A DNA stretch of 63,793 bases, filler included, from Kipferlia bialata (GCA_003568945.1; 7 parts of 7 records of this genome joined end to end with filler, not necessarily neighbours in it), one strand, 5' to 3'. Positions 11,669 to 24,843 are shown, numbered from the whole stretch's first letter. Notes: generated from the sequence alone by a model not told the origin. Numbers and translations are program-made.

Positions 11669-14600
11669 TCACATCCCACTCATGGAGCTGCTGAATGGTT
11701 TCCGCGTGGCGGCCCCCACCTCGAGGTGGGATGTGGTCTGGAACCACGCCTTCTCGGCAGGGGACATGGACGTGGCCTTGGGTCAGACTGATACGGTGCA
11801 TCTCTCTACCCCACACTCAATCACCATACCTTGCGCGATATGTCTCTGATGTCACGAGACCCTGTGCCTCTGGAGGTAGCCCTCATGGCAGGGGGCAGGT
11901 CACCCCCCTGTCTAGACTGAGCCAGGCTGGCCGTGAGGGACATGTGGCTGGGCAGGGGGTCGGTGTCGGTCTCGGTCTGGACGGGCACAGCAGCCTCTGC
12001 CTCGGTCACCCACTCGGCACGGGGCACCTGCTTCCTCCCCTTGGTCTCCACCACTCTGATCCACAGCGGAAGGCCTACAGTCTCGCCCTTGTAGAGGAAG
12101 ACAGAGCCCCCTGCCATAGTGAGAGAGGCCAGACACGCGTCCACAGACGTGAGGAGGCGGGGGATGTTGACATAGACTATGTGGCTGCACTCCCTCGTGT
12201 CCTCTCCGGTCTCCTTCAGGTGGGTCAGCGCAGAGGGCCCCAGCAGCACCAGACTACCAGCCTGGGCCAGGTGACAGGTCATGTCGCACAGACCCACAGA
12301 GGCCGCAGCACCCAGCCCCTGGTCCGCCCTGACCAGCACTCCAAGGAGAGACGGAAGGTCGGCCCTGCCCTTGACTGGGGGGAAGGGGGGGACAGACACA
12401 GACACATACGGGTTGCAGTGGCCAAACCGAGGTCTGACGTAGACCTGCTTGCGGCTCATAGCCTCCTGCCTCTCGAGCAGTTCCATACGGGCCAGCCTGT
12501 CTGAGCGGATCACGTCCTGCACCCCTGCCTCGCCAAGGACTCCCATGCCGGGCAGAGACACAAAGGCGCTGAGGGGGACAGCCCCAGTGGCATCTGGTCT
12601 CAGCCCCCTCTCACCCCGGCACAGCTGGGTGTATGCCTCGACCAGCACGAGATGGGAGGCCTCGCCTGCCACGGGGGCGCATGCCTTGGAGCCCCCTAGG
12701 AAGGAGGACACAATCACGTTCTTCCTCTTGTGGGCAGAAGACACCACGCGGGGGGCAGGGGGCCGGGGCACAGAGGCAGAGGTGCAGGAGAGGGGCCGGA
12801 GCCTCCTGGCCGGGTGGGAGTGTGCAGCAGGCATGGCAGTCTGGGGGGCAGCGGAGGGGGGGGTGCTGGAGGTAACCAGCTCCCTGTCTCTGCCGTCGAA
12901 AGCCTCGCTGAAGGACAGGCGGTGCCCAGACACAGAGGGGGGGGACACGGCCCGAGGCTGCCTCAGAGTGGAGGACCCAGTAGCCACACGCAGAGGGGTA
13001 GGGGGTGAGAGGGGTGCGTCTGAGTTGGGCGTGGCCCTGTATGAGGACGTCCCCATCAGCGTCGACAGCACGGAGTTGGCGGTGGAGGGGCGGCGCCTGG
13101 GCCTCTCCTCGCCTACAGCTGATGCGGCACGGCTCTGGGCCGGGGCCTCATTGCGGGGGGGTCTGTCAAACATCAGCGTCTCAGTGGACAGGCGTCTGGG
13201 GGCTGTCTGGGGCTGTGCCGCACGTGTAGCAGAGGGTATGTCCATGGAGGCAGGGGCCTGGGGGGCACGCCTGCCTCTCTGGGTGGACACTGGGTCCGAG
13301 AAGGGGTCCCTCGACCCAGGCCTAGACATACGGGCACTGGCGGCTGAGGCAGCAGGGGCTGTGTGGAGGGGGGGTCTGGCAGCGGAGCCGAGGGAGAAGG
13401 AGAAGGTCCCGCCGTCTCCCTTAGCCGACTGGGCCTGACTGAGGGGCCTGTCTCTGTCCAGCATACCGTCCACCTCACTCTGTCTGGGCACGTGGGGCAC
13501 AGGCCGAGGCCTCATCCCAGGGGCACGGGAGGACGAGATAGGCTGGGACATGGGAGCTGGGGCAGCACGCAGACCACCACTGCTGCTGCGGGACATGGAC
13601 ATCCCTCCGGTGGCAGGCTCAGTGCGTATGGGCCGAGGCATCACAGATTCAGCCGAGGCAATGCCCTTCGGGGGGTTCTTGGGGGCCATGGCGCTAGGAG
13701 GGGTGCCGTGTGTGAAGGCCGGCATGGATGTCCTCATGGAGCTGCGCAGACTGGCCTTCATGGCGTGGACAGGGTTGGACGCGTCGGATATGCCGCCCAG
13801 TCCCATCCCATCCCCCAGAGACAACTTGGGAGACGACAGAAGGACAGCAGACCGTCTCTGCCTCAGCCGCAGCGCACTCACCGTCGCCCTCTCTCTGCCT
13901 CCCTCCCCGTCGGCCTCCTGGGTGCGATCCCGCCTGACTGGGGCTCCCCTGACCCCGGGGGATGACCTGGGCCGTGAGGACACTGACGATGCCGACTGGG
14001 TCCTGCCCAGCACAGACTGGCGGGGGGTGGCCGTGGTGTTGATGGTGGATGCCTTGGGTGAGCAGGGCAGGGTGGTCTGGTCCAGCACCGTGCTCCCACC
14101 TTCCACCACCCCCCTCTGCCTTCCAGTGTGGCGCCCACTGAATGACTCAGTGGGGAGGGCAGAGGTCTGGGGCCTGAACCTGGATGCGTCCCCCCCTGTC
14201 TGGGGCCTCCTCCCCCCCAGCATGGACCGGGTCATGGCCCCATCCCCAGAGGACAGGGCAGAGGGGGGGGAGACGCGGCGGCCCAGGCCAGGGGAGGGTG
14301 GGGTTGCCTCCACCCCCTCATCCCTGAGGGTGGCTGGGGGCAGGGCTGACTCCCCCCCGTCCACGCTGATGGGAGGGGGCCGACTCATGGGGTCTCTGGG
14401 GATGGCTCTGGGCACAGACTGCGTCGTAGGGCGGGAGGGGACGGAGGCAGGGCCAGGCCCTCTTGCCTTCTCCCTCTCCACCATCCCCGGCAGCATCTCG
14501 ACGTGTCTGGGCAGGGGGGTTGCCTCGCACCTGCTGACCCCCACCCCCATGGGGTTGGACATCCGGGCATTCAGCACCCCCTGCACCAGTCTAGAGGAGG

Positions 14601-15216
14601 TGGCCACCCTCAGCCGGCCATGGAAGAAGGCCTCGGTGATGCAGTACAGCTTCTCCAGAGGCTCGGCATCTGGGAGACGGTCGACAACAGCAGCGCTTCT
14701 CCCATAGACCAGACTGGGGGAGTCAGACCCATCGTCTCCATCAACTGTCTCACCAGACAGCACACGGGAGGCAGCATCCACCTTATTGCAGCCACACCGG
14801 TACGGCTGGGAGTGCTGGTAGGACCCAACACAGAGTGGGTGAACCTGCAGGTCAATGGTCCCAGAAATCAATGAAAGTGTGATGACCAATATATGTGATA
14901 CTTAGTATGTGACTAACTATATGCTGCACACCTGATTGCTGCAGTGCACACACTTGATCAAACTGCGCTGGTCAGACTTGTGGCACTCCCGGCATGTAAG
15001 TGTAAGGAGTGTCTGTGGGCTGAGGAATGGCTTGGCCTTCAACGAAGGAATGTAGAGCGTGATGAACTTCGGCCCAATATCCACCATCTCACGGAATCCT
15101 GGCCACGTGGGAATAGGAGGTGGCAGAATTCTCCGGAAGAGCAGCTTGAATGCCTGGGTGGTTCCTTGCTTCAGCTCATAGAAGGCCCATTCATCTCTCC
15201 CAACTTGGCTAGCCAT
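11669..15216 (-). CDS. PHD-finger protein with long S/P/R-rich linker and C-terminal degenerate Tpt1/KptA (RNA 2'-phosphotransferase)-like domain
   Basis: Exons 14932-15216, ~11830-14844 and 11669-~11776. Splicing intron 14845-14931 builds CREC..CVHC..HPLC..CGC. Region 12040-12650 follows Tpt1 motif order: CRGERGLRPDATGAVPL, SDRLARMEL, VRPRFGHC, GLCDMTCHL, RECSHIVYVN. Confidence 0.7.
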
Positions 15217-15525
15217 TTTCCGAACACAGCCTCTGATTAAAACAAGGAATCTGTCTTTTCTGGACAGAAGGTTGTCTCACAGGACCACAGAAGCACGGAA
15301 AGCTCACGCAATGTCCTAGTAGAGTACATATTTTCAGTCAATGCACTGCAGCGGGCCCCTTTTATCAAGGGAAATTTTTGCCTCAGCTTGCCGAAAGAAT
15401 CTATTTCGCGTAGTTTTGGTAGTTGTGGTACTAGATCTAGTGTTCTTCAGACAGTTAACATGAAAATTATACAGATAGAGAAGCAGTATTGAACTGAATC
15501 CGCACAGCCCCCAAGTCCCTCGGGT

Positions 15526-17738
15526 CTATTCCTGTCCCAGACAGGCTGACAGCAGGACAAGGCCACAGACCTTAGCAAGGCGTTGGGCGGCTGAGAGCTC
15601 TAGGGGTTCCATAGAAGTAAGTGTCTCGGCACTAGGGCACTCCCCCATGAGAACGGGGCCGAGGAGCGCCTTGACCATAGGCAAGGACAGACCCAGGGCA
15701 GGGGGGATGCACAGGGACCCCGAGAGGAGGGGGGTGGAGGCGACAACCTCTGGGATGTATGGCAACTCTAAAGTAGCGTCACCAATCGAAACGTCCAGAC
15801 TCGGTAGGGTCACTTGCCTTCCCGTCCCAGTGCCTTGCTGCCCCTGTGCCTCATCGGGAGAGTAAGACATGCTGAAGAGCAGTCTGCTGTGGGAGACCGA
15901 CAGGCCTGGAACCACCCGCCACCCCTCAGGGCCATACCCCTCCCCTCCCAGGTCTTTGAGACACTGTGCTACGTCTAGGTCAGACACGGTCAGGGTCTGG
16001 GGGCCAGACCCCACCACCCTCCTGAGCACACCCACTGCACCACAGAGGGGAGGGGGGAGGGGGGTATCTACGTCTAGGTCTGTCAGACTGTGGATACCCT
16101 GGGTCTGCTGCACCACAGGCACAGGCCCCGAGGGACGTGCAACACCACTAGTACCACTGACCCCATGGCCGGATAGGGGGGCCTGGGACACCTGGATATC
16201 GAGAGGGGGACCACACTCCAGCACCAGTCTGGTGTCCCCCTCTGTGCCACAGACGCCATCCACCACACACCCCATGCCGCAGTGGGGGTCAGGGGGAGGG
16301 GGGGCGAGGCAGGCATCCTTGGGACAGGAGGCCACTTCATACATCTGTGTCTGCGCATTGAATGTGAGGACCCCGACCCCCGACTCCCCCTCCAGCACTA
16401 GAGCCCCTGTCTGTGGGTCATTCCAACCCCCAGGCACTCTGTCCAGGGTGGTGACGCATCCTGATGATCAGGGCACGTGTATATATATGTATGTATGTGA
16501 CACCACATGCCAGGCCATGCACTCACCTTGGCCAAACACCACCCCCTTCCCCCCCATCAGACATACACACACCAGGGCAGGGCCTGTGTCGGCATCTGCC
16601 TTGTCTGAGTCAGTGCCCGGCACACCAGCTGGGGCATGGCCTATAAGTACCACAGGGGCAGAGCCCTCACCGGTGGTAGAGAGGAGCCTGGGTTAATGCA
16701 TAGCAGAGGGGAGAGACACGTTACACTAAATGTAGAGGGTAGAGTGCCAATTAAGGTCTCCACTGAAGCACAGGAAAAGGAAAGACACAACAATTATACA
16801 GAAGAACAGAACAATATCAATACACAATACTGACCAGGGTTCCATATACAAAGTACTATCGATACATACAAACTCACTTTGCGAGATGGTCTCTAACACC
16901 ACTAGGGATATTGCCGAAAGGCGCCGACATACGACCACCCTCTTCCACCTCGACATCCCCCGACCGAGTGACGACGACGGCTACTGATGCAGAGTTACAC
17001 ACCCAGACGCCTGGAATTACAAGTAGACAATACAGAAGACAGAGAGTACCTCAAACACCCAGTGAGAGCAGAATCAGGACATACCCTGAATGTATACACT
17101 GTGTAACAGAAGGATGATCCAGAGTGGTCACTACAGACTCAGAATGGCATATGTATACAGACACGTGACATGTCACTCAGACACATAAGCACTCACAGAG
17201 ACGGGACCCTACCTGCAGCCACACCCAACGGTACTTCTCTTCGGTCTACAGAAAACATTGAGTGAACTCGGAATATCACACAACGATCTTCCTCTCTGGT
17301 TGGTTAGAAACAGGAACAATGGAAAGAATCACAGCACTCTCACTCATAATGTGCTCAGGCAGAAGAGTCTTTTTCTCGAGTGGGACTACCTGTCAGAGAT
17401 CACCTGTCAGAGATTACCTGACAATAAACACTGACACACCGTTACAGGCCACAAAGAGTTGTACTCCACAAGTACTCACACGAAGTGATTCAGATGTCAT
17501 ACAGGACGACAGACATCGGATCTCCACTTCACCACCCGAATACATCACAACCACACACTGAGGAGAAGTTCCACCGAGGGGACACACCCGGAGAGCTCTC
17601 CTATCAGGTCTGAAAGTTAGTACATGTACAGCTGACATATAGCGACACAAATAGATCCACGTACTCATACCAGAGGTGAGACCGCACTCCATTTGAATTC
17701 ACATATGCCAGTGTTCCGAAGTTGTCCACTTTCGCCAT
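15526..17738 (-). CDS. Hypothetical multi-exon protein, beta-rich N-terminal part, possible degenerate BTB-like C-terminus
   Basis: ATG at 17738 (MAKVDNFGTLAY..HLWYE|PDRRALRVC) splices in frame; several GT-AG introns; long last exon to TAG at 15526. The tail LDVSIGDA..MVKALL..MGE..AQRLAKVCGLVLLSAC only weakly resembles BTB. Confidence 0.6.
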
Positions 17739-17955
17739 GGGAATGGGTGGGGGAAAATACGACGTTGAAGAGTAGCTTAGCTACTAGCTATTCTGATAAC
17801 AGTGGGCCACTCAGTGGCCCACTGTCATGGACACTGAACCCTCAACAAAAATCTGTCAAGTTAGCTGGTACCACTCATCACTCTCTCCAACTTGAGCTAC
17901 CGGTACTTGACTCACTCACTCGTAGAACTGAGTTCTCGGTGTTGTCTAACTGAAC
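17739..17955. promoter_or_regulatory. Putative bidirectional promoter with a perfect 13-bp-arm palindrome (17799-17825)
   Basis: 217-bp interval between divergent ATGs (17738 minus, 17956 plus). ACAGTGGGCCACT-C-AGTGGCCCACTGT, plus AGTAGCT-T-AGCTACT at 17771-17785. Confidence 0.55.
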
Positions 17956-19877
17956 ATGGGACAAGCGAACTCTAGTCTCCTGCTGACCTCGAGCAGGATC
18001 ATCAGCCGGTTCCTGATCGGTCTCCTCCCCCTCAACCGCCCCAGTCATGTACTCGCTGTGGCCCAGAAGTGCAGCGAGGACCAGGAGTATGCAGATGCGC
18101 TGGCTAGGATACTGGAGTCCATAGCGCCGGAAGATGCCTCAACCACAGAGATCCTGGCCAATATCGAGAGATTTCTGCAGTTCATAGCCAGGCTCTACCC
18201 TCGCTCTGTGGCTGCTATCTCCAACGTCCGTGCCCTTAGGGGTGTGGTTGCTGCGTACCTTCTGCGCCAGCTGTCGTCTCTGCTGCACTTCCCCCAGCCA
18301 GGTGGAGACCCCGACCGCAGGCTCACCCAGTTCCTAGAGCTATACATGGCCCTGGCCCGCAACCCAGTGGAGCTGACCCCAGAGCCACCCCAGGAGGGGG
18401 ACGGGGCAGAGCCTGGCTCTTACCCCGTGCCAGCAGTGGATGTGCTGTTGTCCCACTGTCCTGCCGGGCCTGAGCCCACCGCCGCCCTGTCCAGACCGGG
18501 GGCAGGCCAGGTGCTGCTCGGCCTCCTGTACGAGCTGTGCGAGACCCACAACGAGGGGGGGCCCTTCTTCCCGGCCACCAGACTGGCAGACGGGAGCTAC
18601 ATTCCGCCTCTTCTGCTGGAGATGCCCCCCTACCTCCAGGGGCGCATACCTGCCGAGGCCACCTGGGCCATGTTCAGCTGTACCAAGGTGGGTGTGTATG
18701 TGTGGTAGAGGTCTATATCGCTATACAAATTTGATTATGTCTGGGTTCAGTTGCACCAATGGGTCTCTCAATAGGTGTTGAACTCGAACCTCTTGTACCC
18801 GTATGAGGACTGCTGTGTGATATGATACCCCCTCGATATGCTCCCCTCACCCCAGGCTGTGGAGACCCACATGAGCATGGCCCAGCAGAGGTTTGGCCAC
18901 ACCTACAGTGTGGTGCCCACCCTGATCCACTACCTGGCAGACCCAGACGCCGTGCTGCATGCCGTGGTGTCTGGATGTTCAGTCATCAGCCCCGACCAGC
19001 CCATGCCCGCTGTATACACAGGGAGGGGAGGGGGCAGGGGACAGACGGTGCGGGGGTGCTGGTATGTGCTGCACGTGTTGGAGATGCTGGGCATGGCACC
19101 CCCCTACCTCAGGGCAGATGTCGAGTATGCGTCTCTGCTCAGACGCCACAGACGCAGTGCGGCCATAGGCGAGTACCCGTCTGACCTCACACACCCCTGG
19201 CAGCAGGCATGGGGCTACATCCGTGCCTTGCTCTGCGAGGATGCGGTGCCTCAGTACCTGAGCAGTGAGAGCCCCGACGCCTCTCTCACCACCCTCCACC
19301 TCACTGCCTTCTGTCAGTGCAGGTCCGAGGAGGTCAGGGGCGACCCTCCCTACAGGGTGGATGTCCCGTGCAGCAGTCGGTGGCCGTTCCCATGCGTGGA
19401 CGGGGAGATTGTGTTGGAGCCCGTGCTTGGTGCCGGTGCATGTCCCTACTGTGCCCTGCCAGACAGCATCAGGTACATATAATATGGGTATATATATATA
19501 TATATATACCAGGTATACTTGCTAGTTGCATCAGTCAGGTGGTCAGACGGTGTCTGCCTCTGCATCATACATATACACATATACACATACATACATACAT
19601 CCACCCCCCCCCCTCCTCTGACCCCAGGTGCACCATGCAGCAGCAGCTGATACGGTTCAGGGTGTGGCCGGACTGGTTCGAGTGGATCCAGATGCCCGGC
19701 TTCACCTCCCTTCCCTCCGGTGTCCTGGCCTGTGCCGTGGTCAGTGACTCCAACGCCTTCCTGTCCCTGGTGCAGACACCCTCCAAGTACCTGGAGACAG
19801 TGGTGGCCAACGAGAACAGGGCCAGTGCCACCAGCATCAGGGGGGGCCAGACAGACACATCCTCCGAGGCACACCAG
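17956..19877 (+). CDS. Hypothetical protein, N-terminus MGQANS (myristoylation-like), 3' truncated
   Basis: Exons 17956-18687, ~18857-19471 and ~19628-19877 with ctcaccccag/ctgaccccag acceptors; GC-rich codon usage; runs into a poly-C tract and the scaffold end. Confidence 0.7.
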
Positions 19878-19986
19878 GTGGGAGGGGACACGTGTGGATG
19901 CGCTGAGAGGTTTTGATAGTGTGTGTCTCGTATTACTATCTCTACTGGTATATACAGTGGTTTGCAATACTATGTATTCCCTTCTC

Positions 19987-20027
<41 letters not shown>

Positions 20028-20037
20028 GGGGCGGCGT

Positions 20038-20137
20038 NNNNNNNNNNNNNNNNNNNNNNNNNNNNNNNNNNNNNNNNNNNNTTAATTAATTAANNNNNNN
20101 NNNNNNNNNNNNNNNNNNNNNNNNNNNNNNNNNNNNN
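20038..20137. other. Artificial scaffold-joining spacer
   Basis: N block with TTAATTAATTAA. Confidence 0.97.
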
Positions 20138-20196
20138 AGTCGAACCCTGGACCGCTGCATTACGAGTGCAGCGCTCTACCACTGAGCTACAGAAGC
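20138..20196 (-). tRNA. tRNA-Thr(CGT), 3' end truncated by scaffold edge
   Basis: Reverse complement reads GCTTCTG-TA-GCTC-AGTGGTA-GAGC-G-CTGCA-CT-CGT-AA-TGCAG-CGGTC-CAGGG-TTCGACT: D arm, anticodon arm and T-loop intact. Confidence 0.92.
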
Positions 20197-20275
20197 ACCG
20201 ATTTGCAAAACGGAGACGCGTAGTATCTGGTAACAACGGGATAGAGTTCCATCCATACATATACATGGAGCTATG

Positions 20276-21935
20276 TCAACTCACCATATGTAAATTGCTA
20301 AGCATTCCCACGTTGGTATGTCTGCAAAGGTCGCCGTCCCTGTTGAGAGAGGACTTATCCAGCAAGAGGCCTGAGGACGGCCCCCTCTGGGCATTGGGCC
20401 CCAGGAGAGCACCCTCCTCCTCGACATCCACTATGCCAGTGCCCTTGGGGGTCACAGAGAGAAAGGGGGCAGCACGGTTCCTGCTGGTACCTGCACCGGC
20501 CGAGTCTAGAGACCTGATGTCAACTTTGAAATACAACATGATAGCGTTGTGTTCCTAGCATGTATATATGGCAGGTGCACCCACCCGAGCCTCTCGATGT
20601 TGCCCTGGGGTGCGTACATGACGCCTGCCTTGGAGACTGAGGAGAGGAGCCTGCCCCTGTTGAGTCTGTTGACAAGAGGCACAGCCACGGGGTCCAGGGC
20701 ATGGCCTAGCACAGACACACGCCGCACAGCCACACTGAACTGGGGTCAGGCAGGGACAGAGGTGGAGGTATGTAATGAACATCTAGTTACCTTCTTATCG
20801 ACTGGGTTGCGCTGTCTGGCCCCGACAAACATGATGGTCATGTATCCTCCACATGGTGTACTAGTGGACAGACCAGAGGCCTTGACCTGGGGGGTGAGGG
20901 GATGTCAAGCACAGGATGGCGAGTATACCACATACACAAACACATAGCATGACCATACCGTCGGGTTGACTGATAGGTGCTGGGACAGTGGGATGACCTG
21001 GTCTCTGTCGGTGGCAAACACCCTGAGATGAGGAAGGGAAAGTGTTGGAACAATCGACATAGGTGCCATACAGCCCTGGTAGTACATAGTATACCTGAAC
21101 AGTGGGGTTGACTGGCCATAGGAGGTCGGGGACGGGAGCGGAGACACCATGATTCGAACAAACCTGGGGATTAATCCATACCACCAACACATGCACTGAG
21201 TGGTATATATACTAGAAGAGTATATGTCAGATCATGATATATCCACCTTGGCGGCATCAGGGGCTCTCCCACAATCTCTGAGCACCGCTTGAGAGAGAGG
21301 ACCACATGGGTGGGGAAGGACCAGGGAGACGCTGGGTGAGAGAGGGTGGGATGGAGAGGAGATAATGTGACTATACATACACTCAGTACAGAGACAGCCC
21401 ACTCACCCAGCTGGAAGCATATGTAGGAGACAGCCCTACTGGAGGGGGACCCCTCACTCATCCAGTACGACTCTGCTCTCTCTCTCTCCCTCTCTGCCAT
21501 CCACTGGGCCCTGGCTTGTGCCTAAGGATAAGAGAGAGAGTGTACCAAAGACCCCTTCAGCATTGAATACCCATCCACCTATCCCCCACCTTTGTGACCA
21601 CTCCTGGGTGCCCATGCCTACCACCACTCATACTACCCATGGTCTCACTCAGAGGCTTGTCCATCTGGGGGGACGCCGAGAAGGAGTGGGAGAAGGAGTG
21701 GGAGAAGGAGACGTCTGACGAGTGGGGACTGGCCGGTCTGGACGGCCCCTCCTCCCTATCAGGCCCACTGTGCCCATGGTACATGTCGTCATGGTCCCCA
21801 TGTCTGGGCAGCATGGACTCCAGCACATTGGAGGAGGGATGGTCGGGGTCAGAGGCAGAGGCTGCCACCACACAGTCAATCAGCTCCTAGGGTGAGGGAG
21901 GGAGAGGGAGGGGAGAGAGGGGCGGGGGAGGAAAG

Positions 21936-21970
<35 letters not shown>

Positions 21971-22752
21971 AGTAGGGAGCATATACAATAGAGAGCACAC
22001 GACCCCTCACCCTACTTGGCAGAGTCCCTGCTGCCTCGATGGCCCTGTCTCTCTCCTCCCTGTGCCTCTGCCTGGACTCACTCCTGTGCATCGACCTCAC
22101 ACTCTTGATGGTTGATAGACCCTCTGGTTCCATGTCCACACATTCCGGCTCGGGGGACAGCATCAGCCGCTCAAGACCGGATATGCCGCGCCTACCAGTC
22201 TCGCCCTCCTTCAACAGAGACAGATCCTGGTACTCCTCATCCTCCACATACCTGGGATGAGGGGGAATGGGGGGAAGGGGAGAGAGGGAGAGAGAGGGAG
22301 AGAGAAAGATGTATCAGGGGAGAGGGGAACATGTTAGGGCACCGAAGCTCTGTGGTAGTAACCTGACACCAATCAATCCCCCAGCCGGTGGTATTCATCA
22401 TGACTACCCACCTAAAGCCCTTCTTGCTGGCTAGACTACGGACAAGGCGTCTGAAGTGTATCCGAGCATGGTCTGCCACGGGCCCCTCTCCACTCCCTCC
22501 CTCCCTGGGTGCCCTCGGGACATGCCCTGAGGACATGGATACGGACAAGGTGGGTCAGAGTCAGTATCAGGCCCTGGACCTCTCTACCGCTGTATAGACA
22601 CCCCTCCCACGCAGCCACTCTACCCTAACACCAGACCAATGAGTGCTCTGGTTAAGTAGGTTCCTATGACACGCTAGGAGATTGATTCGCTGGTGTGGCT
22701 GGAAGGCTATGTGAGTGAAGAGCAGCCACTGCGATATACCATCACACTTCAT
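20276..22752 (-). CDS. F-box protein At4g00755-like (putative divergent F-box plus C-terminal beta-sandwich domain)
   Basis: Spliced motifs ELIDCVVAASASD..SNVLE, SYWMSEGS..VSYICFQL and CGGYMTIMFVGARQRNPVDKKFSVAVRRVSVLGHAL parallel the family motifs as I recall them (DCI..AISASSTD, SYWSSKG, GG.L.IELLGRVQRQ..D..F.I.V.HV.V.G). Confidence 0.55.
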
Positions 22753-23118
22753 CCCAATTTCGAAAATCTATTCTCTAATTTCGAAATCTGACAGCCTGTC
22801 ACCGATGAAATTGATTCTGTCACAGAGCAAACCCCACTCAACTGTGACCCCTAGTAGTGTTGATACTCCGGAATATCCATCTCGGTGAATTTTAGGTCCC
22901 TGCGTGAATGATAAAAAGAACTCACACACAGAGAATGCCACTGAGTGGCTTGGACAAAGGGACCTGGCCCCACATACAGGGACTACTCGACAGACATTGA
23001 GTCCAGCTGACTTCAGGTTCAAGCCTCTGAGTGGATGGAGGGTAACCCATGCTTGTGGTATTGTGTCTAGTAGTGTCTACTACACCAGACAGAGTGTGTT
23101 ACCCATCCTGCTGCATGT

Positions 23119-24219
23119 CTAGTAGTCATCCAGCTCATCGTCTGCCCTAGCATCCAGTCCCTCTGGTCTGTCGTGCATGGACACCCTCTCTCTCTTGACA
23201 TGCACAGCAGCACTGGCGGTGAGGCAGGTATATATATAGACACAGTAACATGACAAACCCTTTATAAGTGTACCTTCTCTCCTCCTTGACCCTTGTTCTC
23301 ATGGGTCTCTTGACAGGCCTCCTCGTCTTGGTCTGGGTCAGCCTCATGATGTGGGCCATGCTGCTGCGCATCAGGGCATGGTTTCCAGCCACCATACTCA
23401 CGGGCAGGGAGTGGTTGACCTCAATCTGGCTGTTAGATATACGGAATATAGTGTTAGGGTACGCGATAGTGAACAGAAGAGAACAATGGATAGAGTGTAT
23501 ATATACCTCTGTAAGTGCTGTGTTGTCTATGGGTGCTGCTGTGTCGAGGTCCTCCTCCTGCTCCTCAGGTACCTCCAGGGCAGCCATCTCACTCACACCC
23601 GTGCCCTTCTCACCAGCTATCCTGGGGGGTAGAGTATGTAACCATGATATATATCAATGAGGAGGCTACATATATATGGGTCATTCTGATGCCACTCACT
23701 TCCGTATGTCCTGTCCCTTCTGGGCAAAGTCATGCCTCAGATGGACAAGCTGGGGGTGGGGATAAGGGGGGGGGGAGAGAGGAAGGGAATAGTATCTCTG
23801 TAGACTATACAAGTTCCACACTGACACCACTCCATCTATCCACACCCCACCCACCTTCTCCTCCTCTGCATCGTGTGCCTCTGTTGCCTCTGCGGCATGT
23901 TCTGTGGTCTTGGTGGTGAACCTGGAGGCAGCCTGGGCCAGGTTGCGAAGGAACTGCTCCCTGGGATCAGACGTCGATAGGAGAGTCATGTATATCATCC
24001 ATAATGTATCTGTGTAGACAAGTACAAGAGGACATATACTGTATATAGAGGTAGTGGTGAGGACAGGTGAAAATAAGAACTCTCTCTCTCTTTGGCTACC
24101 CCTACCTTGGCTCTGTGAGACCCCCATAGCACAGGCTCTCCCTGGCCTCTAGGAACTGATCATACTCCTCGTCAGACCCAAAGTGCTCTCGCCTGAAGCT
24201 CAACTTGCGGTACACATGC
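23119..24219 (-). CDS. MNAT1: CDK-activating kinase assembly factor MAT1/Tfb3-like (N-terminal RING not visible, lost in gap)
   Basis: Exon 24106-24219 encodes RHVYRKLSFRREHFGSDEEYDQFLEARESLCY, matching the MAT1 centre motif (K.VL..YNKREEDF.SL.EYNDFLEE.E.I.F). Later exons splice in frame to ..DDELDDY* (TAG 23119-23121). Confidence 0.6.
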
Positions 24220-24297
24220 CTGGAGTAAGAGAATGGAGAGAGAGAGAGAGGACATACGGTAGAGGATAGAGTGACATCCATTGAGAGACAGGGAAAT

Positions 24298-24338
<41 letters not shown>

Positions 24339-24345
24339 GTAAACA

Positions 24346-24843
24346 NNNNNNNNNNNNNNNNNNNNNNNNNNNNNNNNNNNNNNNNNNNNNNNNNNNNNNN
24401 NNNNNNNNNNNNNNNNNNNNNNNNNNNNNNNNNNNNNNNNNNNNNNNNNNNNNNNNNNNNNNNNNNNNNNNNNNNNNNNNNNNNNNNNNNNNNNNNNNNN
24501 NNNNNNNNNNNNNNNNNNNNNNNNNNNNNNNNNNNNNNNNNNNNNNNNNNNNNNNNNNNNNNNNNNNNNNNNNNNNNNNNNNNNNNNNNNNNNNNNNNNN
24601 NNNNNNNNNNNNNNNNNNNNNNNNNNNNNNNNNNNNNNNNNNNNNNNNNNNNNNNNNNNNNNNNNNNNNNNNNNNNNNNNNNNNNNNNNNNNNNNNNNNN
24701 NNNNNNNNNNNNNNNNNNNNNNNNNNNNNNNNNNNNNNNNNNNNNNNNNNNNNNNNNNNNNNNNNNNNNNNNNNNNNNNNNNNNNNNNNNNNNNNNNNNN
24801 NNNNNNNNNNNNNNNNNNNNNNNNNNNNNNNNNNNNNNNNNNN
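24346..24843. other. Internal scaffold gap (498 N) flanked by poly-G and poly-C
   Basis: N run with no linker. Confidence 0.95.

Noticed and set aside
12449..14707. Long plus-strand ORFs (329 and 385 aa), and similar shadows at 15869-16696 and 11695-12504
   Set aside because: Antisense shadows of GC-rich minus-strand exons; no motifs or splice context of their own.
17600..17700. In-frame TGA (possible selenocysteine) formed at the first splice junction of the 17738 gene
   Set aside because: The adjacent donor (TATGA|GTACGT) gives an open frame without TGA; no SECIS evident.
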